Shown in pieces: positions 1 to 11,870 of a DNA stretch of 64,000 nucleotides. The position numbers were made by a program, and so were the translations under genes. The notes below the pieces were generated by a model. It did not search any database. It had not been told where the DNA came from and saw nothing but the letters and a program-made list of their open reading frames with translations. This stretch comes from Trichoplax adhaerens (Eukaryota; Animalia; Placozoa), in the NCBI RefSeq assembly GCF_000150275.1, contig NW_002060946.1, forward strand, positions 34,678-98,677, written 5' to 3'. Within the stretch, counting starts at the first letter, position 1; the number at the start of each line of letters is the position of its first letter.

Positions 1-260
1 TTTTCTGTAAATCAATCATCGTAATGCAAAACTTAATCAACAAACTGAAGCAGTTTAACTTTTATAAGTTTATAATATCTAAAGCATATAATGTTATCTT
101 TCGAAAGAGGTTTTAATCGGTTACGGTATCAACGGTACAATCTATACTAGTTTTGCAGTACGGTATAATAGCTACAATATCTGTATTTAGTACACTTGGT
201 ATTAACCATTAAATAGCTATTGCTTTAATCAAATAGAGATTAAATGTTCATTTTTTTCAG

Positions 261-304
261 GTTTAAATCAGTTCAAGCTTACAAATTGTCCGGTACCACA
301 ATAA
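261..304 (+). CDS. Possible terminal coding exon of a gene beginning upstream of the window
   Basis: Strong acceptor tttttttcag at 251-260, then a phase-1 frame (x)LNQFKLTNCPVPQ* ending TAA at 302-304. No homology recognised. Confidence 0.2.
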
Positions 305-879
305 TTTGTTATTATATGTGAGTTCAAGTACTTTTACGACTATACAGTATACGGATTGCCCTAATCGTTTATTTTGAATTTTTTACTTAATTAATGATAA
401 CATTTTCGACGCAAGAAACTTTTTAAATATTGATAAGACTAGACGATTTGCTTTGTGCGTATCTATAACAAACTCAAAGATAGGAACTAACATGTGTAGT
501 AAAGGACAGAAAGCAGAGTCCTTTATAGCTTTTAGTATGTAGCTATTATTGCTTTACTATAGAAAATACCTAGAAAGTGATAGTATCTTTAAGTTTTACC
601 TGCCAAATCATCATGTCGCCATCTTTTCTTCTTCATTATTTTACAAAATATTGTATAAATTACTATAGAAATAACCTAGGAGCAAACGCCTAATCTAAAG
701 AAAGGGCCTTTGATAGTCTATTGGGATTGTAAATGAATTTGACTTAGTAACAAAGCCCTATCCATCCAGAAAGGGGACTTATAATATGACAGTGAAGTAC
801 TGTAATGTAGGTTATAATCGTACAGTTACCGTATAACTTCATACTAAAACATCAACCGTCAATAGTAATGTCAGAAAAG

Positions 880-1830
880 TAGTCATCGTTGTCATGTAAA
901 ATCTTTTGATAAATGAATATGTGATCTTTATAAAATTCGGATTTTTTGCATTCAGATTCCGGAACCAGTCATATCTGTGTCCTATTTAATTTCTGGATTT
1001 TAATTTTTGGAAAATATTGCAAGAGTTGATTTTTGAAATTTGAACTATTCGTTGTTAATTTGAAATTTGGGAATTTTATGACAAGACATAAATGTTACAT
1101 TAGGAAAGTTTAGTTAAGAAAATGGATAATAAGATGGCAAATAGCAGAGATTGTGTTGATTCTTAAGTAGTTAGACTGTTATTTTTATGACTAAATCTTC
1201 ATGTTTAAAGATTAATTTTTAGACTTTTATAATGTATTAATGATTAGAAATTATATCGGAAGTGAAGATTGATGTATTTTATAGTTAGTTTGTTGGTTTT
1301 ATAGTGTTGTTTTGTAAGGGAATCATAAGGTAACTTATTTCTGAACTTTGAATGATTTTTGTTTTCTTAAGTGGTGCAAAGCAGTTTTCTGAAATGAATC
1401 TTAAGAGCGATTGGTTAATAAGTGTTTAGTTTTAAATACCACTGACAGCTCCGTGAAGTCTATAAATGATAGTGCAATCAGAAAATTTAGAGAAGAGAGT
1501 AAAAGAAGATTTTGAAGAACTTGTTGAATTCTAAAGGCCTTCGGGGTCGAACTCTTGCAGTAAAAATGTTCTTCTTTTTGTCAGGTTGTTTGGTTGTTGA
1601 CAGTTTCAGTTCTGTCCTTTTCTTTATTTCTTTACTATAATACTTAGAATTAAGAATTAAGTATTTGGAAGGTTGTTTGATTTGGCTCTCTGAAGTTTTC
1701 TTAATAAATTGTTGATTGATTGTTTACCCAATTTTTATTTGGTGTCAAAGTTGTGTAACGTTGACCAGAGTGTAAAGAAAGTACAAAGTTAGAAGTTTTG
1801 TAGCTTGATTTCTACACATTGTATTTCATA
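880..1830 (-). mobile_element. Possible heavily degraded retroelement remnant (Penelope-like C-terminal region)
   Basis: Marked G/T-over-C/A skew on the + strand. Stop-ridden minus-strand fragments (KTSNFVLSLHSG, KRTFLLQEFDP, ELSVVFKTKHLL, IQKLNRT) fall in an order loosely like Penelope RT-thumb/GIY-YIG motifs. Confidence 0.25.
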
Positions 1831-4726
1831 ACACAAGACAATATTTACCTCTATTTAAGCCCTCCATCGACACTTCTGAATCATTACTTTTAAATTTAAT
1901 CTACCAAAAACAGAAATTTAAACATTAAGGCCTGTACAATAAATACACAGTACAAATTTCAACTTTACTCAAAGGTCGCGAGTCTGTTTATTAGCAACAT
2001 TACTTTGATATAGTATTCCTAATTTTTTGGCTATTTTAAAAGATGTAATATGATAGCTAAAGACATTATTTTTAATTCAAGAAGTAATAATGTTTATTGG
2101 CGATAGAACCAGTTCTATTGCACTGTTTCTTTGAAACGGAAATTGTTTAATAGTATCGTTGACTTTTCGAACTGTAACTTAGCTATCTGAGGCTAATTTA
2201 TTAACTATAGTGTCACACTTGCGAATGAATATCGCTTCTGTATTGTACTAGCTAAAGTGGTGAACTTTTAGTAAAGAGATGTCTCAAAATGAAATAGTTG
2301 ATCATTACATGACGCTATTATTTGCAGAAATTAATTTGGCTTGCATGTCGCATAGAGAACGACTGATAACAGAATTTGAGTTATCGACCTATTAATTTTA
2401 GTGGTAATAGCGTTGCAGTTTCATTATTAAATGTAGAAAAATATCCTTATTAATGAAAAGCTCTACTTGTATTATCAAATATTTACCATACTATTTTTAC
2501 ATAATTGAAGAAATAGTATTCATAATTTAATTCAATATACAATAGAGTCGATGTTTGTGAAAGTTAAAGCAGTGTCTGTGTAACGGTTTAAGATAGTGAA
2601 TGTGATAATGTAACAGATTTAGAAATAGACAGTTGTAAATATTATGGTAAAATGTAATATTCAACCGATAATAGATTTCCGTTAAACGATTGTGTAGATT
2701 TAGGTTAAGTGCTATGTAAAATGCGTGTAATAATCAAAATGGCGGTTGTCACACTTTCATACAATCTGTTAGGTACTGAGCGGATTTGAGTTGGCACATA
2801 ATGTATTAATTAAGACATGTATATGCTCTAGAATAATTAATGTAATTACATGTGTATAGAAAAAGACTATATTATAATATAGGAAATAATTAATAGATTG
2901 TACAGGTCCAGTTTGGCCCAAGTATATAAGGAAGCACATTTGTACTTAAAAAAGGGAAAAGAGTAATTTAAGCTGTGGAGTGGAACGACAGTTGAATAAA
3001 GATAGCTTTGTAATATTACCTAGTAAACTTCTAGACTGACTGTTACTTTTGACTAAGGTCCTTCACGAAGGTAGTGAAAGTAGTGACGCATGGTAGCAGA
3101 TTTATAATACGGTAGCAGGCTTTACAGGTAATCATAAAAGGAGAATTCACTGAAACAAACGAAATTTATGACAGTCTGTTATAATTAAAGTTCCCGTATT
3201 TTATGTAAATACTGAAATAAGAATGCTGGCTAATTAATATCCTGTTTTTAAATAAAAGAAATATCGTAGTTTATTATTTATAAGAAAGCTAAATTTTTGC
3301 AAATAAATTCCTCGAAAATGGATGCCTGAATCGCTGTCTTTCAATTTCAATTACGGCAGTTTCTAATGTAATTCCAAATTCTTACTTAAAAATTCGCTTT
3401 AAAACTCAGCCTAGGTAGATTTAATCATTGTACTGAAAGCTAAAGAATACTGTCTGTGCTTAGGAAGTTAATAAACTATCACGTAGTATTACCTAGAATC
3501 CCTGTATACATATAAATACACCATCAATCAGATAAATATTGTTAAATTTAGTTTTGTAATAGGGTACCTGCAATTCACAGACTGATAGGATGTCAGGGTC
3601 ATATCTCCGTAAATTTAGGCTGTCACAATTTAGGGTATACTTACTGGCTAAGTCTTTGCGTAAAATATCTCATATAGAATCTATCAAGTACGGCGAATTA
3701 AGCTGTTAATCACTTACATCACAATAACGTAAAATAAGAACCAAGAAAGAAGTTATGAAGTAAGAAGACAACTTAAGGTGTACTTTAATCTTCGCTAATC
3801 TAGTAAATTCACTTCGTAACTAACAATTAATAGGAAAAATCTTTTTACTAGTATTTTTGTGATAAAAACCGATCACGAATATTTTAAGTTGTAAAAAGTT
3901 AAAACTTTATTAGATCTAATGCAAAGACTAGCTACACACAGCTCTACTCTAGCCGTATACAACTACTGAAAGACCCCTAGAAAGAACAACAAGGTAATTT
4001 AATAATCTAATGTCTCCTGCTTTTATACTCTCTGTAGCCTTCAATCTAGCATAATTTACATTTAGTCAAATTACTATTAGTAACAACTTTTTACTGCGGA
4101 TCATCATGATCCGTTTATGCAATTAAACAAATATTATCATTGAAGTACGGTAAGAAATATTAAATCTTACAAAATAATAACAATGCTATCTTTATATAGC
4201 ATTCAATAAAATAGAATCCTTCCTAAATTAATGGTAAAGTTGAACTATCGACTTTTCTTAATAATTATCAACACTATTTAATACAATTAAAGCTATCGGA
4301 AGTATTACTTGCCATACTATGTCAAGGACTTAAGAATCCCTGACTATGCATAATTTCGTTGTAAAAACTGAAAATTATATCTCCTAAAATTATGTAGGGT
4401 AATTTTGCATTTTGTTTAGCTTCGAAATAATACTAGTATCGAAGGCGTACTTCTTTACGTCATACTACTTCCTGCTAATAGTAAACTTAACTAAGACATA
4501 TTATCTCCCATGGTAACTAAAGCATTAAAGATAAAGATTTTGTATCCCCAAAAATCGCCATTCTCGAAGATTATTCATCATTCTCATAACCAGTATAAAC
4601 TGGTTACACTTTAAGAAAGTAATTATGTAATTAAAATTATATCATAGCAATGAATAAGATGTCAAGAAATAGAGTGAAATTTACTCCTTTTGAATTATGA
4701 CGATTAATTTTAAATTATATTTTATA

Positions 4727-5631
4727 GCTTTAAGCTAAAAACTTCGCCTCGTATTTCTTCAAAGCTTAGCATAGTAAAATAGAGTATGCCTTTAAAATAT
4801 CATAGTTCAAAGTGGTAGTACCGATGATAAAATTATTCTATGTGGATCACGTTCGTATACAGATACCAATATCCGAAGATGCTTTTCCATATTTTTTTAC
4901 CGTAATTATTATTCATTATATCAAATATAAGACCATTTGAAATAATACTAAAATTAGCGATTCAATTAAATTATTCTCTTTATTACTGAAAATCAAATTC
5001 AACTTATATTATTGCTATTGCTTTTCTACCCTTATCAAATAGATTAAATGCCCAAAATAGCAACTTTTATATAAGTAACGTATATAAAACAAACTAACCA
5101 CTATAACATTTTTTTTTACTTCTGTGCAATAATAATATAATTTAGGACTGAAATTTTTCAACCATGACCAGATTTACTCTTATGTTTCATTGCTTTAAGC
5201 TGTAAATTTTATCTTGTATTTCTTCTTACTTTAGCATAGTAAAACAGAGTATGCCATTAAAATATCACTGTTCAAACCGATAGTATTGACGACAAAGTTA
5301 TTCCGTATGGATCATTGCTAGTATGCAGATACCAATTTCCCAAAGTACTTTTCCATATTTATTTACCGTATTTATTGTTTATCATATCAAATATAAAGAC
5401 CATTTGAAATAATAATACAAATAGTGATTTAATCAAATATATCTTTCACTCTGAAAACTTAGCCCAATTTATAGCAATAGTTACTTCTCTGCTCTTATTA
5501 AATAGATTAAATGTCCTAAATATATTTTATCCAAAGCAAAGTATATGAAACAGACCAACCACTATGAAATTTCTCTGTTACATTTTTGCGTTATCAATAT
5601 AGTTTAGGACTGAAATTCTTCAGCCATGGGC
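4727..5631. repeat. Diverged tandem duplication, two units of ~465 bp
   Basis: gctttaagct...ttagcatagtaaaa(t/c)agagtatgcc...gaccatttgaaataata...tttaggactgaaatt recurs, with units starting at 4727 and 5192. Confidence 0.9.
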
Positions 5632-6630
5632 AAACACACACTTGATAAAAGTGGTTATCTTGTGAATAACTTTAGTATTATTATGCTTGTCATTATCTAA
5701 TAAGATACTAGAATCACTAGACAATTAATAATAGTTATCGTCGTAAAATGTAAAAATATTAATACAAATAATAATAATTATTGATCGTTTGCATGCAATC
5801 AATTTTCTCAGCAAAAGTTTTATTATCAATTATCCACAATAGAATGTAAAATATTAACTACCGTACCCTGCGCCTTATAAATATAATATGACCTGTATCG
5901 TATTACCGCTAAAAATAACTAAAGCAGATCTGTGATAAAATATCAAATCACTCATCAATAAGTAATTCTGTCCTGCAAAGTATAAAGTATAAATCAATTC
6001 ATCAGCATAGAGTTAGCTATAGCTATCTGAGGGTCCTGAAAGGCAATCAGTTATCACCAATCGACAATAAAATGTTGGTTATTATTTATTAAAATTTAAT
6101 GAGCATATAAAGTAAATCAAAATAGAGTCCAACTCGATAGTAATTAACGAACGAATTGATTTATTGTCAAACTACGAAAGGCTGTGAGGCTAGATATAGA
6201 CTTCATTCTACTTTTCGTTGAGCCTGTATCTAGACGCAAATGCATATACCGAGAAAGCAGTATCTATTTTGTAATTGTTTTTAAACACATCTAAATAAGT
6301 TATTATAACTGCATCCAAATTTTCTACAAGATCGACAGATGTACATATCATATCTATTAATTATTACTAATGCTTTGAAAGATTAAAATGAAACTGACCT
6401 GCAAAACAAACTAGTTACATGATAATAAGCGCCCATAATTTACGATTATCTAATTTAAATTTATAAGCAATAAATTGAATAAAAAATTTTAGTTTAACCT
6501 ATGCAGCTGAATAAACGTCCACAATATCTATACGAATTTGTCATTGCATCAAATCACTGTAAAGAAGATCTAATAATCGTCAAGATAAGTTTAAAGTTAA
6601 CAATTTTTTGCTCAATCCCGAATTGATTTG

Positions 6631-8031
6631 ATGATTATGTCTTACTCGCTTTTTCAAGGCAACGACTTTGCAAGATATTTCTGTTGGATATTCGCAATTA
6701 TTGGGATCTTTGGTAATGCCTACATTATAATTTCCTGTTGCACTAAAAAAATAAGTAAAATAGCTCCTAAAAAGAATTCAACACATCAAAGCAATTCAAT
6801 TTCAGAGAAATCGACCAAAGTAACGCACTTGTTAGTTTGTCAGCTAGCCATAGCAGATCTTCTAGGTTGTTTATATCTTTTAATCATAGCGTGTGCCGAT
6901 ATTTATTATAGTTATCAATATCCGGCTATTTATCAAGTTCACCAACCTAAAAATTTCACTAACATATGGGTACTGAGTCCATTTTGTTACATTGCCAAAT
7001 ATTGTTTCTTTACATCATCTATTGCATCCATTTCCATTACGCTCTTAATCACTTTTGATCGCTTTATGGCCGTTATTTTTCCTTACAGTAGATTCAGATT
7101 AGACAAATACAAGTGTTACTTTATAATTCCAACATTGTGGTGCTTGCTTTGCTGTTATGGTTGTATACCACTCGTAATAGGGACAAAAGCGATTGACCAA
7201 GCAACAAAGACATTTAATTTTGCCAGTAATTTGTGTATTTATAAACAAAATACTTCAGGCTACAAGCTATTTCTTCATTTCAGAGTAGGGATCTATTTTA
7301 CGTTTTGTACTTTAATCACTTTAGGTTATATTTGCATTATCATTAACGTTCGAGCTAAGAGCAGCAAAGTTTCCACTCAAATAAATCGAATTGAACGTCG
7401 AATCTTAGCTATGATGATCATCATTACCGCAAGCAATATTGCCAGCTTACTACCATCCACAATTTTATTTACAAGTCCAGATTTTAAGAAATTTAGTTCT
7501 TATAGATCTTTTGAACAGAATAGATCATCAGAAATAAATGGAACTTCAGGTCGGAACGGATTGATGGATGGAAATGAGTTATTAGATTGGATTGGATTGC
7601 CTAATACGAATAAGTCATTTACTTTGAACGCAACATCTGGATGGCATCCATTGTCTAGAACCAATGAATCATCTAGCTGGAATGGAAAGCAGGGACTGAA
7701 TAATTCAACACGATGGAATATCTTATCAAGAAGCGATAATTTTAATAATTTAACAAGGACTGAAAAAGGCTCCAAAAGTCAGGAACGTTCGTCACAAATG
7801 CAGCAATTAAATGGATGGTACCAAATTTCTCTGGCCTTAGTCAGTGCTACAGTTTTTACCTTTGTTAACGCTGTAATAAACCCGGTGATTTTTGCATACT
7901 TCTCATGGTCCACTAGCCATCGTAAATGGTTCTGCTGTAATATAAATCTAAGTTCAAAGCAAAACGTCATGAATGCAATTTGGTCTAAACATTTGCCCTA
8001 TAAAAAATGGGTGCTCATCAAGGCAGGATAA
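6631..8031 (+). CDS. Intronless rhodopsin-class GPCR with an LGR/glycoprotein-hormone-receptor-like 7TM, no LRR ectodomain and a very long ECL3
   Basis: GN in TM1 (GIFGNAYII), QLAIADLLGCLYLLII in TM2, ITFDRF at the end of TM3, SNLCI in ECL2, FVNAVINPVIF in TM7. First ATG is at 6631. Confidence 0.9.
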   Translation: MIMSYSLFQGNDFARYFCWIFAIIGIFGNAYIIISCCTKKISKIAPKKNSTHQSNSISEKSTKVTHLLVCQLAIADLLGCLYLLIIACADIYYSYQYPAIYQVHQPKNFTNIWVLSPFCYIAKYCFFTSSIASISITLLITFDRFMAVIFPYSRFRLDKYKCYFIIPTLWCLLCCYGCIPLVIGTKAIDQATKTFNFASNLCIYKQNTSGYKLFLHFRVGIYFTFCTLITLGYICIIINVRAKSSKVSTQINRIERRILAMMIIITASNIASLLPSTILFTSPDFKKFSSYRSFEQNRSSEINGTSGRNGLMDGNELLDWIGLPNTNKSFTLNATSGWHPLSRTNESSSWNGKQGLNNSTRWNILSRSDNFNNLTRTEKGSKSQERSSQMQQLNGWYQISLALVSATVFTFVNAVINPVIFAYFSWSTSHRKWFCCNINLSSKQNVMNAIWSKHLPYKKWVLIKAG

Positions 8032-10336
8032 GAAAAAAAATCGTATAGCAGCTAAAACTATTTTATCATAGACGGATAGTTAAAAGTCTGTTTGATGCTA
8101 TAGCCTTAGTTATAAGAATCCGTAAAATGAGTTAAACTGTCAATTTTAACAGTATTAAATCTAAGCATGAGAACTATTAAAGGTCAATTAGTTTCAAAGA
8201 TGGCTAACGGTTACGCAATTAAGCTAACACATTTTTCGATTATGTTATAAATCCCTTAAAGAAAGCTCTAATAAACTTCATCTAAGTCGATCATGAAAGT
8301 GAAATACTATAAATAATTTTTTTCAATAACTTCAATGTTTGAAGGTCTAAAATTATCAAGTATTACATTAACCCTATGCTAAAAATATCTAGACAAATTA
8401 GAAAAACAGGAAGAATCAAATTTTAATTCCTGCTAATAATTAAATAAAAACTAGCGTGACCCAGTAGAAATTTCACTTTTTCTTTAACAGGATTTATTCA
8501 ATTTTATTGACCTAATGAACGAGCGAACAAGAATTATAATAAAATCCTTGCATTTTGACTCCTTGTAGGCTAGAAAAAATTGATTGTTTGGATACTCTTC
8601 TAATTTTATATACTATCTCGATCATCATTTCGCTGATACATGTAGCTAAGAGTATATACTGTAGACTGAATATACAGTTCATATGGCAGGCATTCAACAC
8701 TTCTCTTATCATACTCATACATTAGTCCATTAATAAGTGGCTATTAATTCGATTGTGACGGTGTGATAAAGTGTCTTCTTATAAATAAAACAAGAAGTAA
8801 AGTTACTTGTGAACTTGACTTCATTACATAAGTTAGGTTTGTCTAAGTACTACCAATGACTATCTCTGGACTATCTAAATTGCCACAGCAATATTCACCA
8901 TTGATATACTATTAGTTACAAAAGGATTTTCCTTTGAATGCAATCATATCTTACCAATTAAGTCACAAGATTATATTGAAATTTCCCTATTGTGCTTTCA
9001 GTTCATAATTCACGCTTTTAATTAAAGCGTTAAAATAAAAACCTGACTTTACTAACATAATTAGCGCCATTTATTGGTTATCTTGGTATCTTATTATAAA
9101 CATCTCTACGGATTTAAAACAATATGTACTATAATCTGCTTCTACAAATAGACACTTATACAATCCAATAGCCTTAGTCTTAGATATATAATAAGCCTGT
9201 AAATACTGTACAGTATTAATGCCTAGAATATTTAATTTAATTTTTGATTAACTTCGGGGCATTGATATGGCAAAGGATTCAATTCTATAAAGGCTTGATT
9301 ATTAATTCTCAATATCAGTTCCACTGAGGCTAACATAGAGTACACTGGTACTAACGTAAAGTAGCTAGAAGCATGTAAATTATTTAACCTAAATTCACGT
9401 CGTTCGAATCAGTTCTTTAGTATTAGAACATGTTAGCTTTCATATAGAGGATCTCTCGAAGTTAATCGCAGATTAAGTAGAGCACATAGACTAGTTCAAC
9501 TCCGATTACAAAACTGGTTTGTGACAGCTTTTCATAAAGTAAACATATTATTTTAAAGTAATTATTCAGTTAAGAACAAATCTTAATCGGAATTACTTTT
9601 ATTGGTACTCCTAAGCATGGTGTAACTGTAACCGTAGGTAGCGAATTCTAATTGAACAAGAAATGAGTATCACTTTTTTAAGGTTAGTTAATGATTTAGT
9701 TGCCCATCACTTTTAACTATGACCCTATTTATGATTATGTTGAAGAGCTAACTTTTCGATAATAATTCTGAGCTACCGAAATTACATTAATTATATTAGT
9801 TAAAGTTTTATAGGAAACTGACTAATCAAGAATTGATAAACATAAATCTTGTAAGGTAAAAAGAGACTAATTTCGATATTATCCGGGTAAGAAAACATGG
9901 ATAAAAGTTTCGTTGTCATGGGATTTCAAATTTTTGGCTAGCTCTATCATAGCCCTCTAACCAGCCATATAGCTGTACTGTATATAATATCTGCCACGAT
10001 ACACGATATCGTAGTATCCGTCCATACTGGTATGTGTACATTAGAGACCTTCTATTCTTCAAAGTCTGCGAATAAGAAATGTCATGCCCGGTAATTTAAT
10101 TGCAATAGTCAGTGGAGCGCTTGAGGTCCGCAGTACGGCCATGGTGGGGTTTTGTGCTACCGTACTGTCGTAAGAAGGATTCATGCTACTAGTAGTACAG
10201 CGGGATTGACTAGGGTGGCACTAAGGAAAATAAACTATGTAGGCTAAATCAAGCCCAAAGTAGATAAAATCTTATATGTACCTGTACATATAGATTTTGA
10301 ACATGAGTGTTGAAAAATTGCAACTTTAAATTTTCG

Positions 10337-10440
10337 ACGCCATCTTGCCATCGAAGTCTATCCCGCTGCTGTACAGTATTACAGTACGTACAGTGTACAG
10401 TGTACAGTACTATGCACCGTAGTACCATACTGTATAAAAA
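10337..10440 (+). promoter_or_regulatory. Type-3 (U6-like) Pol III promoter of RNase MRP RNA
   Basis: TATAAAAA at 10433-10440 (-31 from the predicted start), TACAGT/ACTGTA array at 10369-10432, YY1-like CGCCATCTTG near 10338. Confidence 0.7.
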
Positions 10441-10463
10441 CGGTTGCGAGTTGCTCATACCCC

Positions 10464-10750
10464 GAGACATAGCGAAGGTTCGCCGGCAAAGCTACATACG
10501 GGAAAGGAGATTGTCTAATCTCGAGATTTTCCAACTCGCTTTGGGGAAAGTCCCCGGACAAACTTTGCAGAAAGTGCTGACCATAAAGGTCAATCGGCAA
10601 TTGGGCAAGATTTAGCCAAGAAGCTTTACAGCTGAGCGTACAAATTTTGCCCATTCTGCCAAGTTGTCGAAGCACAGTCATGCGAACGAGCGTGCACTCA
10701 TCTCGAGTCCATGCTTAACACAACGGGGCTTATTCTCGTTATGTCTCCGT
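10464..10750 (+). ncRNA. RMRP: RNase MRP RNA
   Basis: Conserved MRP motifs in order: GGGGAAAGTCCCCGGAC (10543), GCAGAAAGTGC, GCCAAGAAGC, GCTGAGCG, ACAACGGGGCTTATTCTC. P1 helix gagacatagcga (10464-10475) pairs with tcgttatgtctc (10736-10747). TATA upstream, T6 downstream. Confidence 0.95.
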
Positions 10751-10755
10751 TTTTT
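10750..10755 (+). terminator. Pol III T-run terminator of RMRP
   Basis: TTTTTT immediately after the P1 3' strand. Confidence 0.85.
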
Positions 10756-11206
10756 CTTCAATTTAAGAAAGGATCTGAAAACTTGGATAATCATAATGGT
10801 ATCATTATCATGTTTCTATATTCTACAGTACAGTAGCATGAAATGAGTGGATAGGAAATGAAATTGAAATAGTTTTGACTTGATATTCAGCTGCAATGGC
10901 TGAATCTTACCGCACTAATCCGCTTACTTTCCGTTTAGGCCATGTGCCATTTGGACATACATACTGTACAGTACTGTAATTAACATTGATTGCTGTACTA
11001 GTGACGTCGGGTTGTACCATGGGCTTGTCTGGTGGGGTGGTACTCAATTGTACTGTACACTGTGCACTGTACAGTACGTTATTGCACTACCCATTCGCAA
11101 TTCCAGTGACCACACCATAGTAATCGCTGTCCTAACCACTTCTATGAGCAAGTTTCTCCCGCCGTAGCATGGACTTGTACTGTACACTGTAGCGTAATAC
11201 ACTCAG

Positions 11207-11870
11207 TGATGTCAAGCGTTTGGTTCGAATCGGCTTCAAGGGGACCACTAAGGTAGACGAAACACTACCTAATCAGTGGACAGTAGCCTAGTGTCAACCA
11301 CAGCCAACGTATCTGCTGTCGGCTGTGGTAGAGTATTCCGTTATAATTAATCGATTGACGGCCCTGATCGATCCATTCGATGAACTTTTCTCTGGATCTT
11401 AGCACCACATCGACTTAAACCTTCAAAAAGAGATTGAAGAATCGGTTAGTAGAGCATTTTAATATTTCTACGGTATATTCAATTCAATGCCATACACATG
11501 ATATAGACAAACGTATGAGTATTGATCATTTGCTGGAGAAAAAATTACCCTTTTACAGCAGATATAACAGGTAATAAAGTGAAAATAGACCAGGATAACT
11601 TAATCATTCTAATCATACGGTAGTGAATACAACTTTGATCCACTAAAATGTGTTTGGTTACTGTCAGTGGATGATGTTGACAGGTGTTGTGAATACCTTG
11701 GAAAGGTAGATAGATATTTTCTTACCAGCCAGCAGTAGAAAAAGAGTGGTTAAATGAACGAGTGAGTAATCTGTGTTTGATATCGTTGACTCAGCGGGTG
11801 ATAACTTTGCCAACTTTCTTTGCTAGGCTTTGTTACTCAATAACGTTCCGTTACTCTTTTACTATATTCT
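11207..11870 (+). other. Cluster of small exons with no long joined ORF; probable 5' leader/uORF region of CHTOP or a separate non-coding host transcript
   Basis: AG|...|GT-bounded segments 11207-11252, 11403-11444, 11559-11570, 11668-11705 and 11827-11870 lie downstream of a promoter-type TACTGTA array (10961-11191). Joined frames hit stops. Confidence 0.4.

Noticed and set aside
10249-10846. Four short ORFs in the ORF track
   Set aside because: They overlap the RNase MRP gene and its promoter array, and have no protein motifs.
11668-11705. DDVDRCC resembling the secreted phospholipase A2 PVDxxDRCC motif
   Set aside because: No following catalytic HD, no upstream Ca2+-loop CGxG, and the frame does not extend.
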